Source of the DNA: Nemertoderma westbladi | Lineage: Eukaryota; Animalia; Xenacoelomorpha | Direction of reading: 5' to 3' | DNA: 64,000 bases | NCBI GenBank assembly: GCA_032718475.1 | Contig: JAUCBJ010001372.1 | Coordinates: forward strand, 1-64,000 | Shown: in pieces, positions 51,776 to 64,000 of the stretch | Position numbering within the stretch: position 1 is the first letter of the stretch | Layout: the number at the start of each line of letters is the position of its first letter | The notes under the pieces: generated by a model | Databases searched by the model: none | What the model was told of the DNA's origin: nothing | What the model saw: the letters and a program-made list of their open reading frames with translations, nothing else | Position numbers and translations under genes: made by a program

Positions 51776-54274
51776 GAATTCCAAAACCCATGCGGATGCA
51801 GAAATTCGCCAAATCCCAAGACAGTACCATTATATTTTATTATTTAATAAATCCTCACCACTCCTCAATAATTTATTTACCATTTTTAAAGATGGTGATT
51901 CTGAGGTTGAGAATGTTGAAAATAGCTCTGAATCTGAATCCGACATCGAGAATGACTACCAAGTAAAGCGAAAGAAGACGCCATTGAGCAGCATTTCTAA
52001 AAATAACACGGCCAAAAATATTGTTAGAGAGTGGACAGGTAAGCTGTATTTAATTTAGGCCTATTATCTACTCAATGGCAGACAGGTCCATTGATATTGA
52101 TACCAATTGATATGTCAATTGATATTTTCTCAATTTATATTTCTGTTGATATTGATTAGACGAAAATTAAATATGTCGATCTAGCTAATCCTGGAAATGT
52201 ATTCTGTAGTAAATATTTATATGTATAATAAAGATTTATAAACAAAACATTTATTTCCGAATTGCCAGCAGAGAAATTAATTTTACTTATTTTATATACT
52301 TATTAAACTGAATAAACTATAATATTCTATAGAATTTGAGCAGCTAATTAAATTGTTCATTTTTTTTATACGCTTTCCCTGAAAACGGAACATTCATATG
52401 TCAAATATTGCTAAGGCATACTTTTATTTTAAGAAAATATTTAGTTGTCAAAGGGTAATGGTAAAGCTTCGAATAGGCCTACCTACTACTGGTGGAAAAA
52501 GTCGTTGCTATAAAAACCGCAAACCTTGGAGCGCCAACGAGAAATTCGCAAAACGTTTAGCTGTTCGACGATTTCCGCTGGCTTCACGTCTCCCAGGGAA
52601 AAAGGAAATCGATGAATACAAATTTAAATATCGTCACCTGGCAGATCGGCCTTGGGGGCAAATTAAAGATTACATTCGAAATAATAAAAAATAATTATTA
52701 GATTATGATTATGGTGTTGTTATGGATGTTATGATTATTGTGATTATGGTGATTATATTATGGTGAAATAGTTGAAAAAAGTTATTTTATTTCCCTTGCT
52801 ATCATTGATTGTATGACATGCATCCAATCATTTTATTCATTTTTGAAGGGTAATTTTTTTCAATTAATTAAAATTGAAAATTTTACAGTTTTGCAGGCTA
52901 TTTTTACAGCCCTCCCAGCCAAAAAAATCGAGAAAAAAAAAGGAAAAAATTATTTTATATTTAAAAAAAAAAAGGAAAAAAAAGGATAGGAATCAGTTAA
53001 AAAAAAGTGAAAAACTGAATAGATATTATCTTTACAAAAGTAACAATAAACATTTAATGTCTTTAGTGCTGTTTCTTGATTCTATCTCATTAACCTTACT
53101 GTATATACTATGAAGAATCCCATTAAGAAACGTCACTTATAAATGACAGGAAGATATCAAAGAGAGTTAAAAAATATAAACACGCAGGAAAGAGAACAAT
53201 GGCAATGGCAATATAATTAAAATTAATATTAATTATAGTTAATATTATTAATATTATTCATATAATTATACAGATATTTTCACCTTTTTTACCTAGTTAT
53301 CAGAGATGATTGAGCTCGGCCGATTGATGGTCATTGATGGAGGTATATCAAACGCTTGTAAAAATAACTTTAGTTTGAAAGTGATATAAAACCTTTGGAA
53401 TGGATTTCCGGTCGTGGCTACATTTATATAAATAACAAAAATGCTTTAAGACGCAATCAAAATACAACCTTATCCAGGTGGAAATGGACGCAAATAACAG
53501 CTGATTACGAGCAAAAATGAAACTGTAACAGTGTAATATGCTTTCTTTTATTGTTTTGGTTAGAATAGACTACCACTGCAACCTGTTCCTTTCCCTAAAT
53601 TGAAAGTCATCTTTGTTGATTCACCAAGGTGGGTTTTGCGTGAATTAAGAATTGCGAGAACTTTAATACATATTTTCTGAGACAGAGACAACCTCAGTCT
53701 CAGAAATATAGAACATGTTACACTTACAGCAGGCTATTTTCTGAACTAAAAGAAGGAAAAAAAGGTGTGTAAATGGACAAAAAAAGGAAAAGAGGAAATA
53801 TTCTAAAGAAAGAAAAAAAAAAGGAAACTCTGGGAGGCCTGAATTTTAACCAAAACAATAAACAAGTGTCAATTGCACAGGTTACAGTTTAATTATTTCC
53901 ATCGTAATCATCTGTTATTAGCGTCGATTTTCATTTGGAGAGGGATGAATTTTGATTGCATTAACAACAACCCCCCCCCCCCCATATTTTTTATGTATGA
54001 TATTAACATATCAGTGCAATCCGGGGTGATTCGCAATCCGGGGTGATTTGAATTTTCGCGCAAACTTTCCATAGCCACCGGGGAGATACTAACACACCGG
54101 CGACACACACAATTCATACACTTCTTCCTTCTAACAGGTAAACTGAGGATATTTCACAGTTTTACAATTGGGGAGATTTTTAGGATATCCTGATACCGAA
54201 AAACGCTAATTTAATTAATTTCAAATACATACGGTGGCTGGTTTAGGCCAATTTACTTTCATATTTTTTAATGG

Positions 54275-54645
54275 CAAAAAAGTTTCAAACTAAAGTAGGA
54301 AATAAAAAAAGTTTCAAACTAAAGTAGGAAATAAAAAAGTTTCAAACTAAAGTAGGAAATAAAAAAAGTTTCAAACTAAAGTAGGAAATAAAAAAAGTTT
54401 CAAACTAAAGTAGGACATAAAAAAGTTACAAACTAAAGTAGGAACCTAAAAAAAGTTTCATCAAACTAAAGTAGAAAATAAAAAAAGTTTCAAACTAAAG
54501 TAGGAAATAAAAAAAGTTTCAAACTAAAGTAGGACATAAAAAAGTTACAAACTAAAGTAGGAACCTAAAAAAAGTTTCAAACTAAAGTAGGAAATAAAAA
54601 AGTTTCAAACTAAAGTAGGAAAAAAAAGTTTCAAACTAAAGTGTC
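54275..54645. repeat. 29-30-bp tandem repeat (AAAAAGTTTCAAACTAAAGTAGGAAAT), probable subterminal array of the IS3EU-type element
   Basis: About 12 copies, just inside a TACGGTGGC candidate terminus at 54230. Confidence 0.85.
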
Positions 54646-54901
54646 TGCATGTTGCTGCATTTCATATCAAATTTCAACATTAATACCGGTACTTCATTCA
54701 GCAGACTGTCCCCTCGCAGGTTCTTTCTAACCAATATTATTAGTCCGGTCTTCTACAGTGTATCATAGGTACAAGGCGTCCTTGACCAGGTACCATCAAT
54801 GCGTTGCTGTTTCCTATTAGCATTAACTTAGCTTTGTAGCATAAATAAACATTGTAATTGTTGTTGTATTGACTGTTGGTCTTGTATCGCTATTACTACC
54901 A

Positions 54902-56007
54902 ATGAGTATATCTGCATTAGCGCGATTGTATATCTTTACAATTGTCGATTGTTATTTTAAAGGGTTTGACCATAATGAAACTCAAACAGTTCTTGGTTCA
55001 TTTCTATATCAACACGAGTTATTCGCAGGGATTTGAACGGTATGGGATTTGTGAAACGATTTAATACAATTGATTTGGACAAGCTCATCGACCATATTGA
55101 CAAAGAAAGGAATTTAAGTTCCATTGCGTCGGGTATTGGTTATCGGCAAATGCAGAAGACATTGATGTTAAAGTACAAATTGTATGCTCCTAGGGATTTA
55201 GTTGCAAAGATTATCTTCTTGCTGGAGCCTGGAGCTGTCAGAAAAAGACTTGGAAGAAAGATTGTTCGGCGTACCTACCTATCAAAAGGGCCAAACTATT
55301 TATTACATATAGATGGGTGGGACAAGTTAAAACCTTACGGCTTAGCAATACATGGAGCCATCGATGGCTATAGCCGTAAAATGATGTGGCTATTTTGCCA
55401 TCGAAGTAATAACGATCCATTTGTAATTGGGAGTGAATTCATTAAGTGTCTGATGCGACTAGGTGGAGTGCCTCACATTGTTCGTTGTGATAGAGGTTCA
55501 GAAAATGTCAATGTTGAATTATTCCAAAGGTTATTCCGTTTAATTCATACAGATAACAATGCAACGAGAGGATCAGTGTTTCTATATGGAAAAAGTTCCA
55601 GGAATCAACGAATAGAAGCGTGGTGGAGTAAATTTCCCATTCTAGGTATGGAAGCTTGGTTGATTAATTTTCACGAGTTGGATATTTCTGGGGTCATTGA
55701 CACTTCTAATATGTTACACATTGAAATTATTCGTTTCGTTTATATTGATTTACTGCAGAGAACTCTAGATTTTATTGTTGAAAAATGGAACACGCATCGA
55801 TTACGAAAAAGTGGTTTAATTGCCCCACCAGGAAAGCCGGACATTCTCTTTTTCGATAATCCTAATTATTTGCATGCTATTGACGATGAAACTCTTACCT
55901 TGGTGGAATCTTTCAATAATCTAGGGAATGATGATCACGGTACTCCTTGCCGACTCAGTGTGTATAATATTTGCCTACATATTATCTCAAATGTAATCGA
56001 AACATAA
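54902..56007 (+). CDS. IS3EU-type DDE integrase/transposase (frameshift near 55000)
   Basis: GYRQM, GPNYLLHIDGWDKLKPYG..IHGAIDGYSR (D), RCDRGSEN (D), SRNQRIEAWW (E), WNTHRLR. Confidence 0.9.
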
Positions 56008-56663
56008 TAGAACCGCTTCACTGTAATAATTTGTTCGATTGTAGTCAAACCTTAAAATATTTATTAAATACAATTGAAAGTGATTTAATTGCCGGTATTG
56101 GGGCAATTTAAATTACCATTACCACGTAGGCCTACAAATGCTGTATTTGTTAAGTTTATTAAAACGATTTGGAGAGTAATAGAAACGTGTTCGAGAAAAA
56201 GCCTTAATAATTATTTATTACTTGGGGAAAAAAAGAGTCTAAATTTTTCACTATTTTCGAGGCATTTTATTTGCTCAAATTACGTGCAAACAGGGCTCCC
56301 ACCGGTGCTCAACAAAATAAATCAGATTTACAGATGGGGGGTGGGGAGGCTCTTGACCCATAACAAATTTGATTTTTTTAAAACGAAAAGAATGACAAAT
56401 TTTGAACTTGTCCGTTTTTGTCAGAATGGCGTCGATTTATTTTATAAAATAAAAATTCGAGTTGATTTCATTTTTATGTGGGGATGGGGGGGGGGGGGGG
56501 TAACCTCTTTGCTTACTCCCTTACCATTTTCTATAAAATTCGTTAATTGCAATACAAACAAATCAATATTGTTACATTGTTTCAAATATAAAATGAATCA
56601 AAAACACAAAATAACGCAACAAAACTCAACATATTGACAAATGGGCAAAATTCAGATAGCAAT

Positions 56664-59095
56664 TTAGTAAATCCCAAATCCGTGACAGTTGAGAATGTCT
56701 TCTGTCACATTCTTTGCAAAGCTGCGGGAAGAACCGACCAGATAACGATCATTTATTGGAAATTTTATGACATTAGCACAGGTGTCCCCAATAAGTCTCC
56801 TTTTGCAATCATTGGTTCTATGGAAACCTAATTCCCCAATAAAATTGGGGTAGGGAGACCTACTACCAAACTGCAATACATCATTCAATGTTAATATATG
56901 TCTAAGAATGGCTTCTACGTCACTATGGGGATCCTCAATAACATCAGATGCCAATTCATTGCGTTTGACTTGTTTTAGAAACATGTTAAACTTAAATGCT
57001 ATCTCATTTTCTTTGTGCCACTCCTGCGTATTCTTATGTGCTTCGTGTTTAACCCGAAAGCGCTGTTTGACTTCTTCAGCTGTGACGGTCTGATGTGTTA
57101 GACATTTCAGGCTATCTTCTGGAAAATTTCTCATAATATCATAAACTCCAAAAATATTCAACCCTTCACGGAACTTATTAATTTCTTCAGAGACAGTACT
57201 AAATAAGATATGCTTCAGTAGCAGATCTACAACTTTGTCTTTCTCGTCCATGGTTATGTTTGCTTGTAAAACTCCCATGTCGAACAGCTCAGTAAGACTA
57301 TTTACTGCATTGATCAAATCACCTTCAGTGATAGCCTCTTTTATAGTATTGACTCTTTCAATTAGTTCATCATCTTTAGGTATATCACTAATATTTATAC
57401 TAAACGGTAGTTCCAGGATCACACGGGCAAATACATCACTGAAACAATGGGGCCCAGGGGCGCCATTTAGAAGTGAAATCCCAACTAATTTCCCAAGATG
57501 ATAAAATCTTTGGATGTCAGACAAGTTATGTCGAAAAACATACCCTGGATAAGATCCACGAAACATGCAATTCCAATTGACTTTCCATCAGCCTCCAAGG
57601 ATGGAGGCTGATGGAGAAAAAATAATGATAACAATTCTCGTAAAGGCCCTCCTGTGTCCACAGCTTCTTCGTCCAAAAACTTAACCATCAAGGTGGGACG
57701 AATCTCTTCGGTATCCATAATATCATACACACTTTCCACGATACGACTTCGTGGAACTTCTAGAACTGAGTGGCTTGGATCCATTTCCTTTAAAGCTTTG
57801 AATAAACTGGTCAATGAAGATGATAGATTGCTTTCAACTTCGACAGCAATAACAGAATCGGCACATGTAGTATCACCATTCTCTTTGATATGATCTACAT
57901 CAACATCATTATCTAATACAGACATCGGGGTATCGGCAGTGTTCTCGTGATTGTCGTTATGACTAAAGAACAGAGATCTCAAATTTGCCAATTCCTCACG
58001 TGTGTATTCATACATTGTTGTAGGTTCTGTAATATCAGTAAAAGTATCAGCATTAGCGGTCGAAGTAGAGGATAGTAAATCTATAATTTCCGACTCATTG
58101 TAATTTTCATTAAGTTTACAGTTATAACAAATGGTTTCAGTTCGTGGTCGGCTGGTCGAGCATACTGGACAAATTAATCGCCTTTCACTACATATGGAAG
58201 CATTAAAATTACCCTGCACAGAATCATCAATAACTTCAATATCAGAGTTTTCTGTATTAAACGAGTTTTGATCACCTGTATCCAAACTTTCAGTTTCAGT
58301 TCCCAAGTTAACATTATTATTAGCAGTCCCAGTGGTTCCACTTCCATTTGAAATTTCTATTTTCCTCTTGCCAAACAGAGTTAGTTTGGGAATTCCCGCA
58401 ACACAGGTGCTTTCCAAATATTTATGTAGAGATGCATGATTCTCGATATCTTCACCAAAGTCATTAAGTAAATTGAAATCATAATCTGATTTATTGCAAG
58501 GCCTCTTTTGTAATTTCAACCGTGTATTATTCCCCATATCATCAAAGAATATTGTATCAATAACCTGTGATTTGATTGCAGTCATAGAGCTCTTCACTGG
58601 TATTTTCAGTTTTAAAATCGTAGAAACACCTAGTGGTTTTTTTAGGATAAACGGTTGTCCTTTGCCTGTGTCTATTTTACAGTTAAAATGTAAACACTTA
58701 GTAGTAGCTGGTGGTCGTCCCACTTTCGCATTAAATGGTTTTCTTTGTAAGCCGGAAATTTGCTTTGGTTGGGTTTGGCTTTGGAAATTGGAGCACAATG
58801 AATCGATAGAACTAGGTGCACCACGAACAGCAGTGTCAGGCTCAGTAGTTTTATTTATGGCAACTGAGGCAGTGGAACTTAGGTCACAATTATTAATAAC
58901 ATTACCAGTATTGTAGTCAGAGAGGCCCAAATCGGTATGATTATGACTAGGCCTATCACCTTCTACAGAAAATCTACGATATATTGAATCTATTCTTAAG
59001 TAAGTATCCCTCCTTATATCATTGAGGAGATTTCGCCGAACCCTATTACCGGTATCATCCTGATCATCGACCGGATTGTCACTATTTGATTCCAT
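56664..59095 (-). CDS. G2E3-like HECT E3 ubiquitin ligase, one frameshift at ~57570-57600
   Basis: VKFLDEEAVDTGGPLRE, LGKLVGISLLNGAPGP, DVLQFG, catalytic DTCANVIKFP, terminal GFG, and a CPVC..CYNC zinc ribbon. Intronless. Confidence 0.88.
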
Positions 59096-60527
59096 CTCTC
59101 GATATCTGCATATCCTCCATATACTGATATATATATTATATATATAGGCCTACATCAGTACATGATTGATTATATCAGTTTACAGGCCTACCTGCCTACC
59201 GCTCTGTACCGCTACCGCTATCATATGATATATACAATATATATTACCGGTACATATGAAATGCTATCATGCTACAAATAGTGACAAATACGGTCTGATG
59301 GTAGTAGTAGGTCATATATTTACCGATAAAGTTAAGCCTAACTTAGCAACTTCGTAACAGTCCCAAATTCCACAAAATACCAGTATATTAGATTACAGGA
59401 TTATAACCTCATGATCAGATGATTAGGGCAGTTACACATACCGGTATGCTACCACTGGCCTACCGCTACCAGGCTGCCAGGTCTACCACTACGCACTACC
59501 TGACTAAAGGGGCTACCGCTACCGCCTACAAGTAGCCTAGCCTACAGTGTTGCTTTATTATTTTTGTTAGGGTGTAGGGTAGGCAGGGTTAGCTGGTTAG
59601 GGGGTAAAGGAATAGGCCTAACGGTATTGTAGAAAACCCAATTTTATTGAGAATCATCAATCAGATGTTCAGGCTTACCGGTAGGCCTACATGTAGTGTA
59701 GGTAGGGTAGGTGTATGCGTTGTAGGCGTATGAGTACGTCAGTACGTGTAGGAATAGCGTTTACCCCCGCAGGGTTAGTTCTCTCTCATCTACCATATAA
59801 TTATATGATGTTGACAACCACGACTTTAGAGGGATTGTAATATTAATATTAAAACAATAAAATAGGAAATGGGGTCTATTCCCTCAGATACTACCTAGCA
59901 TTTAGGGCCACTTGGGCCACTGTTAGTACTCAGGCACTAGGCCCATCAAAAAACACAAAACAAAATACCAAATCGATTTTAGTGCTACATAAACCCAACC
60001 CAACTACCACAAGAAAAATTGCACCAAACCATACAGTAACTACAGGTTCCGGTTAAGTATTGCACGAAATAGGCTATCCTATAAAACTTTTAAGTCGGCG
60101 AACGTTGTTGGAGGAGACTTTCGTTGAGGCCGAAATAGTCAACATTGTAAATCCTTTGAAAAATGGTGCTTCTAAAAAGGCTGATTCTAAGAGAGCCAAA
60201 GTATCATACAACACTTTGGTATTCCTGTTGTAAGTATTTAATAAATAATAGAATAGAAAAAGGTATTCATTCCTGTTGAACGTTATTTGTAATTAAAGCA
60301 ACGAGTATAATATTATTTAACAAATTAAATAAGTGAAAAATAAATAATCAATGTTGATAAGATGTAATTGAAAAGGTTAAAGGACTACCATTTTTAATCA
60401 GGAATATATTTAATTACTAGTCACTAAGAAACTTAAGGAAAGACTACTTTAATTTCAGTGTTTGAAAATATAAAGTATGGGAATTGTTTAAGTTTTTTTA
60501 TACTTTTGTTTAAGTTCTACCTCTGGT

Positions 60528-60712
60528 CTTGGGACGTTAGTGCGTTCGAGACATTAGTGCATGCGGCCACTAATGTCTCTGTACCTTTAGTGCCCGCGGT
60601 CACTTAGACGCGTTATCGTGGGCACTAATGTCCCATAGGACGTTAGAGCACGCGAGACGTTAGTGCCTGCGAGACGTTAGTGCCCGCGAGTCTTTAGTGC
60701 CCGCGAGACATA
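60528..60712. repeat. Small foldback element of TTAGTGCCCGCGAGAC repeats
   Basis: Direct and inverted copies of TTAGTGC / GCACTAA. Confidence 0.6.
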
Positions 60713-60780
60713 GGCACATTCTACCATATAGGCTACCAGTATACTGCCATGCCATGCCATAATTTATTTGCCATACAGGC

Positions 60781-61410
60781 CTAGCACAGTAGCAGCCTAG
60801 TTTGTCAGGCTTCAACTCTACTGCCCTAGCCTAAATTATTGAATTAAAACTGACATGTGTTGATGTGTGTGTGTATCACTCAGTCACTACCTCTGCGAGT
60901 CCAGCAGCTCTGTACCGTACCTGAGTCTGGCGTCCTACCTAAGTCATGTAAGTCATAATCAATAGCCTACCACCGGTGGTCCCTATTGAAAACTTTTACA
61001 TGTACGCCGAACCCCAAACACGTTGGGCGCAGCATTACAACATGCATTCGGCGCAGACTATCAGACAGTTAGGCTCACATAGGTCTACAGTACTGCAGTA
61101 CTGCTAGCACAGTAGCAGCCTAGTTTGTCAGGCTTCAACTCTACTGCCCTAGCCTAAATTATTGAATTAAAACTGACATGTGTCGATGTGTGTGTGTATC
61201 ACTCAGTCACTACCTCTGCGAGTCCTGCAGCTCTGTACCGTACCTGAGTCTGGCGTCCTACCTAAGTCCTGTAAGTCATAATCAATAGCCTACCGGTGGT
61301 CCCTATTGAAAAGTTTTACATGTACGCCGAACCCCGAACACGTTGGGCGCAGCATTACAACATGCATTCGGCGCAGACTATCAGACAGTTAGGCTCACAT
61401 AGGTCTACAG
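60781..61410. repeat. Tandem duplication of ~310 bp with a palindromic junction
   Basis: 60781-61090 ~ 61104-61410; junction CAGTACTGCAGTACTG. Confidence 0.92.
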
Positions 61411-61587
61411 ACAAGCGGGTCCCGGAAGGAACATTGACTGAATGATTCCATGGAGGGAAATTTAAATGTAATAGTTGACTACTATCGCCAGTTGAGTTAG
61501 ACACTAACACATTTAGGCAGTTAGGTATTTGTATTATAACAATAAATGTATTTCAGTGTTATTGTCATCTACAACTTTTAATATTGA

Positions 61588-61848
61588 ATGGAAGACTCAT
61601 CGACATCCTGTAGTATTTGTGACAAATTATTTTCATGTGTCGGTAATTTAAACAAACATCGTAAAACTCTTCACGATCAAGAAGTTGTTCCCGTTAGAGG
61701 TCGTAAGAGGAAATGCGAAGGAAGCGAAGATGACTCGTCGCCATCGGCAGTAATAGACTGCATGGTGTGCTTGTCATGGTGTGTGGTACCACGTTCACCA
61801 AGAAGAGTAACTTATATGTACATCAACGAACGTAACCGTCAGGGTTGA
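61588..61848 (+). CDS. Short ORF/exon with one C2H2 zinc finger and a basic NLS-like patch
   Basis: CSICDKLFSCVGNLNKHRKTLH and RGRKRK; TTTCAG acceptor ~30 nt upstream. Confidence 0.5.
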   Translation: MEDSSTSCSICDKLFSCVGNLNKHRKTLHDQEVVPVRGRKRKCEGSEDDSSPSAVIDCMVCLSWCVVPRSPRRVTYMYINERNRQG

Positions 61849-62082
61849 TTAGTTGCTTGAGATCTTCTCCATCAAAGTCGGCGAACGCCAATACGGTGTA
61901 TCCGTCAATTAGTCTTCCGGTCTTCCTATCTGTACGTCCGTCGTAGGATAGTGATGATATTGCGGGCCCATGTATCTTGGTTATAGAATTATATTCTAGA
62001 ACTTTCGCCTGGAAACATGGCGTTAAATAATAAATATTAATATGAACATATAGTGCTCATAATATATATAGCGCATTTATTG

Positions 62083-62710
62083 ATGGGATGGGATGGGATG
62101 GGATGGGGTGGGATGGGATGGGATGGGTTGGGTTGGCGTTGGGATGGGTTGGGTTGGGATGGGTTGGGTTGGGATGGGATGGGGTGGGTTGGGTTGGGAT
62201 GGGTTGGGATGGGATGTGATGGGATGGGATGGGGTGGGTTGGGATGGGTTGGGTTGGGATGGGATGGGATGGGGTGGGTTGGGATGGGTTGGGATGGGTT
62301 GGGTTGGGATGGGTTGGGATGGGTTGGGATGGGATGTGATGGGTTGGGATGGGTTGGGTTGGGATGGGATGGGATGGGATGGGATGGGGTGGGTTGGGAT
62401 GGGTTGGGATGGGTTGGGTTGGGATGGGATGGGATGGGTTGGGATGTGATGGGATGGGATGGGGTGGGTTGGCGTTGGGATGGGTTGGGATGGGTTGGGA
62501 TGGGATGTGGTGGGTTGGGATGGGATGGGATGGGATGTGATGGGGTGGGTTGGGATGGGTTGGGATGGGATGGGTTGGGATGGGATGGGATGGGATGGGT
62601 TGGGATGGGTTGGGATGGGTTGGGATGGGATGGGATGGGTTGGGATGGGTTGGGTTGGGTTGGGATGGGATGGGTTGGGATGGGGTGGGTTGGGATGGGT
62701 TGGGATGGGA
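62083..62710. repeat. (GGGAT/GGGTT)n 5-bp G-rich microsatellite
   Basis: About 125 units. Confidence 0.97.
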
Positions 62711-63120
62711 TATAAGTAATCTTTAACGATCAACTGCTACTCCTAATTTATGTTCACCAAATATATGGTAAATACGTGGCCAAAGCGACAACAATTATAA
62801 AATTACAGTAGTACAGTTTTTCCACTGTATCTAAAACCAGATATTTGCTTAAAATTGAGGAGGAAGTCTTTTGCTGTTACACCATATTATGCCGGAGATA
62901 TTATCAAAATACTAAGGTGTCAATTTTGAGACGTTTTAGAGTTTTAGTAGCATATGATTGGAATTTGAAAAACATTAGTAGGGGGTGGGGGGGGGGATTA
63001 GTCACTTAATCTTGAGGTCATGGGTTCTAATCCCAGAAAAAGAAAAGTAATTTATTTTTTTTAATTATTTTTTCCGATTAAACAAAAGATTAATAAGAAT
63101 AAACAAATCAATTTTAGTAA

Positions 63121-63987
63121 TTAAAAATAGTATTGGTGATCGGAGTTGGTCGTCGTTCCTGGTGTGTTTGTATATTCATGGTCAGGGTTCTGTCTTGATG
63201 AATTACTGGTTCGTTGGGAACCGGCGAGGCATCGCGCAATGAAATTTCTTTCCAAGTTGCATGGTTTTGAAACACCGAATAAGTTTCTTGATGTTTTACT
63301 TCTTTTTTTTTTAGTTGTATATAGTCGTCGTTGTAATAAAGATTTTTTATTTGCGGGTGATTTAGTAGGTTTTGGAAGCTGGGGCTTAGATGTTAATGCT
63401 GTAATGAATGGAGTTAATAATTTCGTTTTAGTGTGCAAGGCTTGTAGTACTTCAGTATCTTCAATTACCTCTAGTTGTCCTAAAACACAAAGTAAGTGGC
63501 CACGGATTTTATCCTTAATTGTATTCGTAGGTTTGGAACCTTCAATAATAATTGAGGAAGTCGCTTCCAAAATTATATCTGTCTCACTTGCTGGTGCTTG
63601 TACAACCTCCTCATTTGAAAATTGTAGATCGATTGACGGTATCAATTCGGTCTCTTCAACTGAAGCCAATGGGTTAGAACTGTTAGCATTAGTTTCACAT
63701 GGTTGCTCATCGGCAACAGAAAGAAGCTCTGCATTACTCAGAAGATTACTGGGACGGTCAGAATGTAAAAATCGAGAAAGGATGTGAATATGTTTGCATA
63801 TAGTGAGCCTCAGCGAATTATCCGAGCAAGTGCAATCATAAGTGTGACAACAAATACGGCAATGTACACATCGCAAAGGGCACGAATTATATTTGTGCGC
63901 TACAGAATTACGAGTAACATAATAACAGATATTACTATCGGAAAGACTGGGGACAGTCCAGCCATTTACTCCAGAATTCCAAACCAC
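63121..63987 (-). CDS. C-terminal part of a MULE-type transposase with a SWIM zinc finger (probably extends beyond the window)
   Basis: YYV..CPLRCVHCRICCHTYDCTCSD...ICKHIH (CxC-x-CKH SWIM) and QRRLYTTKKKR. Confidence 0.78.
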   Translation of the reverse strand: MVWNSGVNGWTVPSLSDSNICYYVTRNSVAHKYNSCPLRCVHCRICCHTYDCTCSDNSLRLTICKHIHILSRFLHSDRPSNLLSNAELLSVADEQPCETNANSSNPLASVEETELIPSIDLQFSNEEVVQAPASETDIILEATSSIIIEGSKPTNTIKDKIRGHLLCVLGQLEVIEDTEVLQALHTKTKLLTPFITALTSKPQLPKPTKSPANKKSLLQRRLYTTKKKRSKTSRNLFGVSKPCNLERNFIARCLAGSQRTSNSSRQNPDHEYTNTPGTTTNSDHQYYF

Positions 63988-64000
63988 AACGTTTAAGTCT

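Larger units (their letters stand above)
49504..52694 (+). pseudogene. Intron-containing tyrosine recombinase-like gene (family usually SET-domain associated in animals), disrupted
   Basis: FNRRRQGEV (R), GKRGRPVP (K), STKLRKHIAT, LGHDLSVHRKYY (H, Y), upstream PSLALK.GYSLKKC, and a C-terminal Myb-like PWS..E..PGKKE..RPWGQIKDYIRN. GTAAG donors at ~51257 and ~52039; stops at ~49909 and ~51131. Confidence 0.82.

Noticed and set aside
56089-56637. 182-aa ORF between the integrase and HECT genes
   Set aside because: Non-ATG start, AT-rich composition, spans a G-run and has no motif; likely spurious or a nested non-coding repeat.
62053-62733. Gly/Trp-rich and Pro-rich 220-aa ORFs
   Set aside because: They are translations of a 5-bp microsatellite, open in several frames on both strands.
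62995-63037. tRNA-Lys-like fragment (CTTAATCTTGAGGTCATGGGTTCTAATCCC)
   Set aside because: Only a 3' half-like match with a degenerate B box; too short to call.

Overview
This is AT-rich, repeat-dense eukaryotic (animal-like) DNA. I found no intact host gene: almost everything recognisable is a transposable element or a TE-derived repeat. The main structures are: (1) a recently inserted 11.1-kb BEL/Pao-derived LTR element (3959-15101; 547-bp LTRs with 2 visible mismatches, TSD TTTAC). It keeps a very long gag plus protease, lacks RT/RNase H, has a decayed integrase tail, and carries a second ~685-aa gene with an OTU-like Cys/His motif set. (2) A near-complete Mag-type Gypsy element on the minus strand (17285-22940; 142-bp LTRs, TSD ATAAG). 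Neither LTR element has a TGG tRNA PBS; in both, the PBS position is complementary to the element's own LTR (candidate self-priming). (3) An Academ transposon with 571-bp TIRs (27536-33103). (4) A solo LTR related to the BEL element. (5) A Sola-type transposase. (6) piggyBac- and hAT-type MITEs. (7) An intron-containing tyrosine recombinase pseudogene interrupted by an RTE-like LINE. (8) An IS3EU-type integrase convergent with a HECT E3 ligase gene. (9) CRE, LINE, Gypsy and MULE-SWIM fragments plus several minisatellites. All family assignments come from motif recognition by eye, not from database searches.
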